DNA of 32,000 nt from Mycobacterium tuberculosis H37Rv (lineage in GTDB: Bacteria; Actinomycetota; Actinomycetes; Mycobacteriales; Mycobacteriaceae), in assembly GCF_000195955.2 (NCBI RefSeq), contig NC_000962.3, positions 1,080,001 through 1,112,000 on the forward strand. Direction: 5' to 3'. The notes beneath the pieces are model-generated. The model saw nothing but the letters and a program-made list of their open reading frames with translations. It was not told where the DNA came from and did not search any database. A program made the translations under genes and the position numbers. Below, in pieces: positions 10,228 to 20,460 of the stretch (positions are counted from its first letter, which is position 1; every line of letters starts with the position of its first letter).

Positions 10228-10243
10228 AACCAACCGGTAGGTT
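10228..10243. promoter_or_regulatory. 16-bp near-perfect palindrome, candidate operator of the fadE12-accA2-accD2-fadE13 operon
   Basis: AACCAACCGGTAGGTT: half-sites AACCAACC/GGTAGGTT match as an inverted repeat at 7 of 8 positions. It lies about 53 nt upstream of the GTG of the first gene. Confidence 0.5.
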
Positions 10244-10372
10244 AGCACTGCCCTGTTTCGCGACGGAGATCGCTTCCTGAGTCGAAGCGGCCCGGTCTGC
10301 GCCGTCCATTGGAGTAGAGTCCGTTTCGCTACGGGACGCCGGGTGCTTTGCCGGCCCCAGGAGGTCAGCGCC

Positions 10373-13144
10373 ATGTCCTTCGTGGTCACAGCACCGCCGG
10401 TGCTCGCGTCGGCGGCGTCGGATCTGGGCGGTATCGCGTCCATGATCAGCGAGGCCAACGCGATGGCAGCGGTCCGAACGACGGCGTTGGCGCCCGCCGC
10501 CGCCGACGAGGTTTCGGCGGCGATCGCGGCGCTGTTTTCCAGCTACGCGCGGGACTATCAAACGCTGAGCGTCCAGGTGACGGCCTTCCACGTGCAGTTC
10601 GCGCAGACATTGACCAATGCGGGGCAGCTGTATGCGGTCGTCGACGTCGGCAATGGCGTGCTGTTGAAGACCGAGCAGCAGGTGCTGGGTGTGATCAATG
10701 CGCCCACCCAGACGTTGGTGGGTCGTCCGCTGATCGGCGATGGCACCCACGGGGCGCCGGGGACCGGGCAGAACGGTGGGGCGGGCGGAATCTTGTGGGG
10801 CAACGGCGGTAACGGCGGGTCCGGGGCTCCCGGACAGCCGGGCGGCCGGGGCGGTGATGCCGGCCTGTTCGGCCACGGCGGTCATGGCGGTGTCGGGGGG
10901 CCGGGCATCGCCGGTGCCGCTGGCACCGCGGGCCTGCCCGGGGGCAACGGCGCCAACGGCGGAAGCGGCGGCATCGGCGGCGCCGGCGGCGCCGGCGGCA
11001 ACGGCGGGCTGCTATTCGGCAACGGTGGTGCCGGCGGCCAGGGTGGCTCCGGCGGACTTGGGGGCTCCGGCGGGACGGGCGGCGCGGGCATGGCTGCCGG
11101 TCCCGCCGGCGGCACCGGCGGCATCGGGGGCATCGGCGGCATCGGCGGCGCGGGCGGGGTCGGCGGCCACGGCTCGGCGTTGTTCGGCCACGGGGGAATC
11201 AACGGCGATGGCGGTACCGGCGGCATGGGTGGCCAGGGCGGTGCTGGCGGCAACGGCTGGGCCGCTGAGGGCATCACGGTCGGCATTGGTGAGCAAGGCG
11301 GCCAGGGCGGCGACGGGGGAGCCGGCGGCGCCGGCGGGATCGGTGGTTCGGCGGGTGGGATCGGCGGCAGCCAGGGTGCGGGTGGGCACGGCGGCGACGG
11401 CGGCCAGGGCGGCGCCGGCGGTAGTGGCGGCGTTGGCGGCGGCGGCGCAGGCGCCGGCGGCGACGGCGGCGCGGGCGGCATCGGCGGCACTGGCGGTAAC
11501 GGCAGCATCGGCGGGGCCGCCGGCAATGGCGGTAACGGCGGCCGCGGCGGCGCCGGTGGCATGGCCACCGCGGGAAGTGATGGCGGCAATGGCGGCGGCG
11601 GCGGCAACGGCGGCGTCGGTGTTGGCAGCGCCGGAGGGGCCGGCGGCACCGGCGGTGACGGCGGGGCGGCCGGGGCGGGCGGCGCGCCGGGCCACGGCTA
11701 CTTCCAACAGCCCGCGCCCCAAGGGCTGCCCATCGGAACCGGCGGGACCGGCGGCGAAGGCGGTGCCGGCGGCGCCGGTGGAGACGGCGGGCAGGGCGAC
11801 ATCGGCTTCGATGGCGGCCGGGGTGGCGACGGCGGCCCGGGCGGTGGCGGCGGCGCCGGCGGTGACGGCAGCGGCACCTTCAATGCCCAAGCCAACAACG
11901 GCGGCGACGGTGGTGCCGGCGGTGTTGGGGGAGCCGGCGGCACCGGCGGCACGGGTGGGGTCGGGGCCGACGGGGGTCGCGGGGGGGACTCGGGCCGCGG
12001 CGGCGACGGCGGCAACGCCGGCCACGGCGGCGCCGCCCAATTCTCCGGTCGCGGCGCCTACGGCGGTGAAGGTGGCAGCGGCGGCGCCGGCGGCAACGCC
12101 GGTGGCGCCGGCACCGGTGGCACCGCGGGCTCCGGCGGTGCCGGAGGTTTCGGCGGCAACGGTGCCGATGGCGGCAATGGCGGCAACGGTGGCAACGGCG
12201 GCTTCGGCGGAATTAACGGCACGTTCGGCACCAACGGTGCCGGCGGCACCGGCGGGCTCGGCACCCTGCTCGGCGGCCACAACGGCAACATCGGCCTCAA
12301 CGGGGCCACCGGCGGCATCGGCAGCACCACGTTGACCAACGCGACCGTACCGCTGCAGCTGGTGAATACCACCGAGCCGGTGGTATTCATCTCCTTAAAC
12401 GGCGGCCAAATGGTGCCCGTGCTGCTCGACACCGGATCCACCGGTCTGGTCATGGACAGCCAATTCCTGACGCAGAACTTCGGCCCCGTCATCGGGACGG
12501 GCACCGCCGGTTACGCCGGCGGGCTGACCTACAACTACAACACCTACTCAACGACGGTGGATTTCGGCAATGGCCTTCTCACCCTGCCGACCAGCGTTAA
12601 CGTCGTCACCTCGTCATCACCGGGAACCCTGGGCAACTTCTTGTCGAGATCCGGTGCGGTGGGCGTCTTGGGAATCGGGCCCAACAACGGGTTCCCGGGC
12701 ACCAGCTCCATCGTTACCGCGATGCCCGGCCTGCTCAACAACGGTGTGCTCATCGACGAATCGGCGGGCATCCTGCAGTTCGGTCCCAACACATTAACCG
12801 GCGGTATCACGATTTCTGGAGCACCGATTTCCACCGTGGCTGTTCAGATCGACAACGGGCCGCTGCAACAAGCTCCGGTGATGTTCGACTCCGGCGGCAT
12901 CAACGGAACCATCCCGTCAGCCCTCGCCAGCCTGCCGTCCGGGGGATTCGTGCCGGCGGGAACGACCATTTCGGTCTACACCAGCGACGGCCAGACGCTG
13001 TTGTACTCCTACACCACCACCGCGACAAACACCCCATTTGTCACCTCCGGCGGCGTGATGAACACCGGGCACGTCCCCTTCGCGCAGCAACCGATATACG
13101 TCTCCTACAGCCCCACCGCCATCGGGACGACCACCTTTAACTGA
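10373..13144 (+). CDS. PE_PGRS16: PE_PGRS family protein with C-terminal aspartic protease-like domain, 923 aa
   Basis: PE domain [20 protein letters not shown]..., long GGAGG/GGNGG repeats, then [19 protein letters not shown] and [15 protein letters not shown] motifs. RBS-like gaggtcagcgccATG. Confidence 0.93.
10790..12320 (+). repeat. PGRS low-complexity region (Gly-Gly-Ala/Gly-Gly-Asn coding repeats)
   Basis: Imperfect GGCGGNNNN nonamer-like DNA repeats translating to long GG[AX] arrays. Boundaries approximate. Confidence 0.9.
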
Positions 13145-13180
13145 CGGCCCCTCCCTGGCTCGTGATAGGGAAGGGGCGTC
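13143..13180 (+). terminator. Hairpin immediately after the PE_PGRS16 stop, candidate intrinsic terminator without clear U tract
   Basis: GACgGCCCCTCCCT-ggctcgtgat-AGGGAaGGGGCGTC inverted repeat with a single-base bulge on each arm. Confidence 0.5.
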
Positions 13181-13197
13181 TGCAGCGGGCGTTCTCG

Positions 13198-13318
13198 ATT
13201 GTCGCCGCGCTCATCTGCGCGCGGAAGCTCATACCAAAGAGGAAGGCCCACCATGGCTGTGCCCACGCGCAGAAAGTCGCGCGCGAACACCCGAAGCCGG
13301 CGCTCGCAGTGGAGGGCC
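13198..13318 (+). pseudogene. Truncated duplicate of the rpmF leader and first ~22 codons (rpmF remnant)
   Basis: Sequence attgtcgccgcgc...ccatggctgtgcccacgcgcagaaagtcgcgc...cgctcgcagtgga aligns nearly base for base to 14830-14951. [20 protein letters not shown] then diverges from L32. Confidence 0.8.
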
Positions 13319-13360
13319 CGGCCGGACGGGTGCGGGCCGAACACACCGGGCGGGCTGGTG

Positions 13361-14407
<1,047 letters not shown>

Positions 14408-14607
14408 TTACCGCCGCGGTGGGTAACCGTTTATTCGGACGATCCCTGCCGTTCCACGCCTGGGCGCAGGCGCAAACCGCACCAACATTGGTGGAACGTG
14501 GTGCACACTGCACCTGGGGTTCTGCCCTCATCGTGTGTCAGCAGGCGAAACCCGCGCGGACGAGAACTCCTGCGTTAAGCAGCACAAATCGCTGCTCACG
14601 CTCACCG

Positions 14608-14703
14608 GTCAGCGCACTGAACCGGCCCCATGTCGACGACCGGTGAGGCGACCGCTCAACTCGTCGGCGTCAACTCGGCCATTGCCACCCTGGTCGCCGA
14701 TTC
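14608..14703 (+). pseudogene. Decayed fragment of an HtrA/PepD-like serine protease gene (internal deletion plus frameshift)
   Basis: GTCAGCGCaCTgAACCGgCC..TGTCGACGACCGGtGAGG matches pepD from 19912, and GCTCAACTCGTCGGcGTCAACTCGGCCATTGCCACcCTGGtCGCcGA matches pepD from 20041. Confidence 0.75.
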
Positions 14704-14768
14704 CTGTCCCACAGCCCCACCACCATCGGGGCGACAACCGTGAACTGACGGTCACGCCCGGGCCCAAC

Positions 14769-14790
14769 CCCGGCCCGGAATTGGGCCGGG
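14769..14790. promoter_or_regulatory. 8-bp perfect GC stem hairpin upstream of rpmF
   Basis: CCCGGCCC-GGAATT-GGGCCGGG, about 95 nt upstream of the rpmF ATG. Function unknown (terminator or leader structure). Confidence 0.45.
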
Positions 14791-14885
14791 CCGTCTTCAA
14801 CCGGTATCCTCCACGTCATTGTCGACGCGATTGTCGCCGCGCCCACCTGCGTGCGGAAGCCCATACCAAAAGAGGAAGGCCCACC

Positions 14886-15059
14886 ATGGCTGTGCCCAAG
14901 CGCAGAAAGTCGCGCTCGAATACCCGAAGCCGGCGCTCGCAGTGGAAGGCCGCCAAGACCGAGCTGGTCGGTGTGACCGTCGCCGGTCACGCCCACAAGG
15001 TGCCTCGGCGCTTGCTCAAGGCCGCCCGGCTCGGCCTCATCGATTTCGATAAGCGCTGA
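14886..15059 (+). CDS. rpmF: 50S ribosomal protein L32, 57 aa
   Basis: [57 protein letters not shown], with AGAGGAAGG RBS. The 210-aa track ORF is a spurious 5' extension. Confidence 0.95.
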
Positions 15060-15077
15060 CGCGCCGGCGGCCGACGA

Positions 15078-15565
15078 TCATATGGCCGCCGAACACACCG
15101 AGCGCGCCGGCTCTCCGGTGATCACCGACACCGTGTCGTCGAGAGAGTTAGTGACGTAGACCACGCCGGTGACGGGGTTGACCGCCACCCCTGTCGGGTC
15201 GAGTCCGACGGGGATGGGGGAGCCGGTGACGGTGTTGGTGGCCGGGTCGATCACCGACACCGTGTTGCTGAACTGGTTGGTGACGTAGATGTTGCCGCCT
15301 GGGTTGACCGCCACCCCATACGCACCGGTACCGACGGGGATGGAGCCGGTGACGGTGTTGGTGTTCGGGTCGATCACCGACACCGTGTTGCTGTCGAAGT
15401 TGGTCACGAAGACCAGGCCGGTGACGGGGCTGACCGCCACCCCGCTTGGACCGTTGCCGTCGGTGATGGAGCCGGTGACGGTGTTGGTGACCGGGTCGAT
15501 CACCGACACCGTGTTGCTGCCCTGGTTGGTGACGTAGATGTTGCCGCCCGGGTTGACCGCCACCC
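15078..15565 (-). repeat. Tandem YVTN-type repeats, about five units
   Basis: Repeated [37 protein letters not shown]. Confidence 0.8.
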
Positions 15566-16451
15566 CGTGCGGATCGTTGAAGCTGGCGTGGGTGATGGTG
15601 GTGACGGCGCCGGCGGCCCCACCGGCACCGCCGACCCCACCCGCACCGCCGATACCGCCGGCCGGGCCGCCGCCGGCACCGCCGGCGGTGCCGGCGCGGG
15701 CGAGGCTGACCGCGCCGCCGGTGCCGCCGGTCCCGCCGTCCCCGCCGTGTCCACCCACACCGATTAACCCGCCGTGACCACCAACCCCGCCGGTGCCACC
15801 GTCACCGCCGGCCACACCGAAGGTTGTGCCGGCTCCGCCGGCCCCGCCGACACCACCGGCCCCGCCGTTGCCGAACAGCCATCCACCGGCGCCGCCGGCT
15901 CCGCCGTTCGCGCCGGCCTCAAAGGGTAGGCCCTGGCCGCCAGCTCCGCCGGCCCCACCGTTGCCGATCAACCCGGCCGCACCGCCGGCCCCGCCGGCCT
16001 GCCCGGGTGCCCCCGACCCGCCGTTGCCGCCGTTGCCCCACAGCCACCCGCCGTTACCGCCGGCTTGCCCGGTCCCGTCGATCCCGTTCGCGCCGTCGCC
16101 GATCAATGGGCGCCCGGTCAGCGACTGAACGGGTGCGTTGATCGCATCGAGCACGTTCTGCAGCGGTGTTGCGCTGGCCGCTTCGGCGACCGCGTAGGTG
16201 CTGCTAGCTTGGCTTAAGGCCAGCACGAACCGTTCCTGGTAGGCCGCGACCTGCGCGCTGATCGCTTGATAGTGCTGGCCGTGGCTGCCGAACAGCGCCG
16301 CGATCGCCGTTGACACCTCGTCGTGGGCGGCGGCCAACACCTGGGTGGTCGCCGCCGCCGCGGTGTTGGCGGTGTTGATCGCCGAGCCGATCCGCGCCGC
16401 ATCGGCCGCGGCTGTGGACACTAACTGTGGGGCCACGTTGACAAACGACAT
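15078..16451 (-). CDS. PE_PGRS18: PE_PGRS family protein with C-terminal YVTN/NHL-like beta-propeller repeats, 457 aa
   Basis: PE domain nearly identical to PE_PGRS17; longer PGRS; about five YVTN repeats. ATG at 16451. Confidence 0.92.
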   Translation of the reverse strand: MSFVNVAPQLVSTAAADAARIGSAINTANTAAAATTQVLAAAHDEVSTAIAALFGSHGQHYQAISAQVAAYQERFVLALSQASSTYAVAEAASATPLQNVLDAINAPVQSLTGRPLIGDGANGIDGTGQAGGNGGWLWGNGGNGGSGAPGQAGGAGGAAGLIGNGGAGGAGGQGLPFEAGANGGAGGAGGWLFGNGGAGGVGGAGGAGTTFGVAGGDGGTGGVGGHGGLIGVGGHGGDGGTGGTGGAVSLARAGTAGGAGGGPAGGIGGAGGVGGAGGAAGAVTTITHASFNDPHGVAVNPGGNIYVTNQGSNTVSVIDPVTNTVTGSITDGNGPSGVAVSPVTGLVFVTNFDSNTVSVIDPNTNTVTGSIPVGTGAYGVAVNPGGNIYVTNQFSNTVSVIDPATNTVTGSPIPVGLDPTGVAVNPVTGVVYVTNSLDDTVSVITGEPARSVCSAAI

Positions 16452-16780
16452 CGAAATCCTCCTGACCGCGACGATGTTGAGATGCGGGCGGCCCACCGCC
16501 TGTTACCCCTGCGGTGGGTAACCGTTTATTCGGACGATCCCTGCCGTTCCACGCCTGGGCGCAGGCACAAACCGCACCAACATTGGTGGAACGTGGTGCA
16601 CACTGCACCTGGGGTTCTGCCCTCATCGTGTGTCAGCAGGCGAAACCCGCGCGGACGAGAACTCTTCCGCCAAGCAGCACAAATCGCCCTACTCTTGACC
16701 ACCAAACAAAACCCGTCCATGGGGCCAATGTGGCTGATGTGGCTAAACCTCGTCGAACAAACCCGCATACCACGGCGCGC

Positions 16781-16799
16781 CTCTCAGGCCAGTCTCAGG
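16781..16799 (+). promoter_or_regulatory. Candidate MprA box upstream of mprA
   Basis: Direct repeat CTCTCAGG-CCA-GTCTCAGG (8+3+8), 16 nt upstream of the mprA start. Agrees with the described two 8-bp direct repeats spaced by 3 nt. Confidence 0.75.
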
Positions 16800-16815
16800 C
16801 GCTGCGACGACACTG

Positions 16816-17508
16816 GTGTCCGTGCGAATTCTTGTCGTTGACGACGATCGTGCGGTGCGCGAGTCGCTGCGCCGGTCGCTTTCCTTCAATGGCTATTCGG
16901 TCGAACTGGCCCACGACGGGGTTGAGGCGCTCGACATGATTGCCAGCGATCGCCCCGACGCGTTGGTCCTGGATGTCATGATGCCGCGGCTGGACGGCCT
17001 CGAGGTGTGCCGTCAGCTCCGCGGCACCGGCGACGACCTGCCGATTCTGGTGCTGACCGCGCGCGACTCGGTGTCCGAGCGGGTGGCCGGGCTGGACGCC
17101 GGTGCCGACGACTACCTACCAAAGCCGTTCGCCCTCGAAGAGCTGCTGGCACGGATGCGGGCGCTGCTGCGCCGCACCAAGCCCGAGGATGCCGCCGAGT
17201 CGATGGCCATGAGGTTCTCCGACCTGACGCTGGACCCGGTAACCCGCGAAGTCAACCGTGGACAGCGCCGGATCAGCCTGACCCGCACCGAATTTGCATT
17301 GCTGGAGATGCTGATCGCCAATCCGCGGCGAGTGCTGACGCGCAGCCGTATCCTGGAAGAGGTATGGGGATTCGACTTTCCCACCTCGGGCAACGCGCTG
17401 GAAGTCTACGTCGGGTATCTACGCCGCAAGACCGAGGCCGACGGCGAGCCGCGGCTGATCCACACTGTGCGCGGAGTGGGTTACGTGCTACGTGAAACAC
17501 CACCCTGA
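16816..17508 (+). CDS. mprA: Two-component response regulator MprA (OmpR family), 230 aa
   Basis: [18 protein letters not shown] receiver, [10 protein letters not shown] phosphoacceptor region, OmpR winged-helix C-terminus ending in [13 protein letters not shown] start. Confidence 0.96.
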   Translation: MSVRILVVDDDRAVRESLRRSLSFNGYSVELAHDGVEALDMIASDRPDALVLDVMMPRLDGLEVCRQLRGTGDDLPILVLTARDSVSERVAGLDAGADDYLPKPFALEELLARMRALLRRTKPEDAAESMAMRFSDLTLDPVTREVNRGQRRISLTRTEFALLEMLIANPRRVLTRSRILEEVWGFDFPTSGNALEVYVGYLRRKTEADGEPRLIHTVRGVGYVLRETPP

Positions 17509-19022
17509 TGTGGTGGTTCCGCCGCCGAGACCGGGCGCCGCTGCGCGCCACCAGCTCATTATCCCTGCGGTGGCGGGTCATGCTGCTGGCGATGTCCATG
17601 GTCGCGATGGTGGTTGTGCTGATGTCGTTCGCCGTCTATGCGGTGATCTCGGCCGCGCTCTACAGCGACATCGACAACCAACTGCAGAGCCGGGCGCAAC
17701 TGCTCATCGCCAGTGGCTCGCTGGCAGCTGATCCGGGTAAGGCAATCGAGGGTACCGCCTATTCGGATGTCAACGCGATGCTGGTCAACCCCGGCCAGTC
17801 CATCTACACCGCTCAACAGCCGGGCCAGACGCTGCCGGTCGGTGCTGCCGAGAAGGCGGTGATCCGTGGCGAGTTGTTCATGTCGCGGCGCACCACCGCC
17901 GACCAACGGGTGCTTGCCATCCGTCTGACCAACGGTAGTTCGCTGCTGATCTCCAAAAGTCTCAAGCCCACCGAAGCAGTCATGAACAAGCTGCGTTGGG
18001 TGCTATTGATCGTGGGTGGGATCGGGGTGGCGGTCGCCGCGGTGGCCGGGGGGATGGTCACCCGGGCCGGGCTGAGGCCGGTGGGCCGCCTCACCGAAGC
18101 GGCCGAGCGGGTGGCGCGAACCGACGACCTGCGGCCCATCCCCGTCTTCGGCAGCGACGAATTGGCCAGGCTGACAGAGGCATTCAATTTAATGCTGCGG
18201 GCGCTGGCCGAGTCACGGGAACGGCAGGCAAGGCTGGTTACCGACGCCGGACATGAATTGCGTACCCCGCTAACGTCGCTGCGCACCAATGTCGAACTCT
18301 TGATGGCCTCGATGGCCCCGGGGGCTCCGCGGCTACCCAAGCAGGAGATGGTCGACCTGCGTGCCGATGTGCTGGCTCAAATCGAGGAATTGTCCACACT
18401 GGTAGGCGATTTGGTGGACCTGTCCCGAGGCGACGCCGGAGAAGTGGTGCACGAGCCGGTCGACATGGCTGACGTCGTCGACCGCAGCCTGGAGCGGGTC
18501 AGGCGGCGGCGCAACGATATCCTTTTCGACGTCGAGGTGATTGGGTGGCAGGTTTATGGCGATACCGCTGGATTGTCGCGGATGGCGCTTAACCTGATGG
18601 ACAACGCCGCGAAGTGGAGCCCGCCGGGCGGCCACGTGGGTGTCAGGCTGAGCCAGCTCGACGCGTCGCACGCTGAGCTGGTGGTTTCCGACCGCGGCCC
18701 GGGCATTCCCGTGCAGGAGCGCCGTCTGGTGTTTGAACGGTTTTACCGGTCGGCATCGGCACGGGCGTTGCCGGGTTCGGGCCTCGGGTTGGCGATCGTC
18801 AAACAGGTGGTGCTCAACCACGGCGGATTGCTGCGCATCGAAGACACCGACCCAGGCGGCCAGCCCCCTGGAACGTCGATTTACGTGCTGCTCCCCGGCC
18901 GTCGGATGCCGATTCCGCAGCTTCCCGGTGCGACGGCTGGCGCTCGGAGCACGGACATCGAGAACTCTCGGGGTTCGGCGAACGTTATCTCAGTGGAATC
19001 TCAGTCCACGCGCGCAACCTAG
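17508..19022 (+). CDS. mprB: Sensor histidine kinase MprB, 504 aa
   Basis: Two N-terminal hydrophobic segments, HAMP, LVTDAGHELRTPLTSLRTN H-box, LMDNAAKWSPPGG N-box, GSGLGLAIVKQV. Confidence 0.96.
   Translation: MWWFRRRDRAPLRATSSLSLRWRVMLLAMSMVAMVVVLMSFAVYAVISAALYSDIDNQLQSRAQLLIASGSLAADPGKAIEGTAYSDVNAMLVNPGQSIYTAQQPGQTLPVGAAEKAVIRGELFMSRRTTADQRVLAIRLTNGSSLLISKSLKPTEAVMNKLRWVLLIVGGIGVAVAAVAGGMVTRAGLRPVGRLTEAAERVARTDDLRPIPVFGSDELARLTEAFNLMLRALAESRERQARLVTDAGHELRTPLTSLRTNVELLMASMAPGAPRLPKQEMVDLRADVLAQIEELSTLVGDLVDLSRGDAGEVVHEPVDMADVVDRSLERVRRRRNDILFDVEVIGWQVYGDTAGLSRMALNLMDNAAKWSPPGGHVGVRLSQLDASHAELVVSDRGPGIPVQERRLVFERFYRSASARALPGSGLGLAIVKQVVLNHGGLLRIEDTDPGGQPPGTSIYVLLPGRRMPIPQLPGATAGARSTDIENSRGSANVISVESQSTRAT
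18986..19004 (+). promoter_or_regulatory. Candidate MprA box upstream of pepD, inside the 3' end of mprB
   Basis: Direct repeat TATCTCAG-TGG-AATCTCAG (8+3+8), same geometry as the site at 16781, 61 nt upstream of the pepD ATG. Confidence 0.6.
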
Positions 19023-19065
19023 TTGTGCAGTTACTGTTGAAAGCCACACCCATGCCAGTCCACGC

Positions 19066-20460
19066 ATGGCCAAGTTGGCCCGAGTAGTGGGCCTAGTACA
19101 GGAAGAGCAACCTAGCGACATGACGAATCACCCACGGTATTCGCCACCGCCGCAGCAGCCGGGAACCCCAGGTTATGCTCAGGGGCAGCAGCAAACGTAC
19201 AGCCAGCAGTTCGACTGGCGTTACCCACCGTCCCCGCCCCCGCAGCCAACCCAGTACCGTCAACCCTACGAGGCGTTGGGTGGTACCCGGCCGGGTCTGA
19301 TACCTGGCGTGATTCCGACCATGACGCCCCCTCCTGGGATGGTTCGCCAACGCCCTCGTGCAGGCATGTTGGCCATCGGCGCGGTGACGATAGCGGTGGT
19401 GTCCGCCGGCATCGGCGGCGCGGCCGCATCCCTGGTCGGGTTCAACCGGGCACCCGCCGGCCCCAGCGGCGGCCCAGTGGCTGCCAGCGCGGCGCCAAGC
19501 ATCCCCGCAGCAAACATGCCGCCGGGGTCGGTCGAACAGGTGGCGGCCAAGGTGGTGCCCAGTGTCGTCATGTTGGAAACCGATCTGGGCCGCCAGTCGG
19601 AGGAGGGCTCCGGCATCATTCTGTCTGCCGAGGGGCTGATCTTGACCAACAACCACGTGATCGCGGCGGCCGCCAAGCCTCCCCTGGGCAGTCCGCCGCC
19701 GAAAACGACGGTAACCTTCTCTGACGGGCGGACCGCACCCTTCACGGTGGTGGGGGCTGACCCCACCAGTGATATCGCCGTCGTCCGTGTTCAGGGCGTC
19801 TCCGGGCTCACCCCGATCTCCCTGGGTTCCTCCTCGGACCTGAGGGTCGGTCAGCCGGTGCTGGCGATCGGGTCGCCGCTCGGTTTGGAGGGCACCGTGA
19901 CCACGGGGATCGTCAGCGCTCTCAACCGTCCAGTGTCGACGACCGGCGAGGCCGGCAACCAGAACACCGTGCTGGACGCCATTCAGACCGACGCCGCGAT
20001 CAACCCCGGTAACTCCGGGGGCGCGCTGGTGAACATGAACGCTCAACTCGTCGGAGTCAACTCGGCCATTGCCACGCTGGGCGCGGACTCAGCCGATGCG
20101 CAGAGCGGCTCGATCGGTCTCGGTTTTGCGATTCCAGTCGACCAGGCCAAGCGCATCGCCGACGAGTTGATCAGCACCGGCAAGGCGTCACATGCCTCCC
20201 TGGGTGTGCAGGTGACCAATGACAAAGACACCCTGGGCGCCAAGATCGTCGAAGTAGTGGCCGGTGGTGCTGCCGCGAACGCTGGAGTGCCGAAGGGCGT
20301 CGTTGTCACCAAGGTCGACGACCGCCCGATCAACAGCGCGGACGCGTTGGTTGCCGCCGTGCGGTCCAAAGCGCCGGGCGCCACGGTGGCGCTAACCTTT
20401 CAGGATCCCTCGGGCGGTAGCCGCACAGTGCAAGTCACCCTCGGCAAGGCGGAGCAGTGA
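19066..20460 (+). CDS. pepD: HtrA-like serine protease with PDZ domain, 464 aa
   Basis: Pro/Gln-rich cytoplasmic N-terminus, TM segment, catalytic contexts NNHVIAA, SDIAVV, INPGNSGGALVN, and a C-terminal PDZ domain. The track ORF's earlier start overlaps mprB and is not favoured. Confidence 0.95.
   Translation: MAKLARVVGLVQEEQPSDMTNHPRYSPPPQQPGTPGYAQGQQQTYSQQFDWRYPPSPPPQPTQYRQPYEALGGTRPGLIPGVIPTMTPPPGMVRQRPRAGMLAIGAVTIAVVSAGIGGAAASLVGFNRAPAGPSGGPVAASAAPSIPAANMPPGSVEQVAAKVVPSVVMLETDLGRQSEEGSGIILSAEGLILTNNHVIAAAAKPPLGSPPPKTTVTFSDGRTAPFTVVGADPTSDIAVVRVQGVSGLTPISLGSSSDLRVGQPVLAIGSPLGLEGTVTTGIVSALNRPVSTTGEAGNQNTVLDAIQTDAAINPGNSGGALVNMNAQLVGVNSAIATLGADSADAQSGSIGLGFAIPVDQAKRIADELISTGKASHASLGVQVTNDKDTLGAKIVEVVAGGAAANAGVPKGVVVTKVDDRPINSADALVAAVRSKAPGATVALTFQDPSGGSRTVQVTLGKAEQ

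Noticed and set aside
8709-10280. 523-aa plus-strand ORF opposite the AtuA-like gene
   Set aside because: Antisense frame generated by GC3 bias; translation is Gly/Ala/Val/His/Asp-rich with no domain signatures.
10790-12320. Possible CRISPR-like or VNTR array in PE_PGRS16
   Set aside because: Repeats are short, imperfect and in-frame coding (PGRS); there are no unique spacers of constant length.
10740-12335. Ala- and Pro-rich ORFs in alternative frames of the PGRS array (531, 422 and 255 aa)
   Set aside because: Alternative-frame readings of GGCGGN repeats; expected artefacts.
14535-14885. 5' extension of the 210-aa ORF upstream of rpmF
   Set aside because: The intact L32 starts at 14886 with a good RBS; the upstream part is not protein-like and crosses the pepD-like scrap and hairpin.
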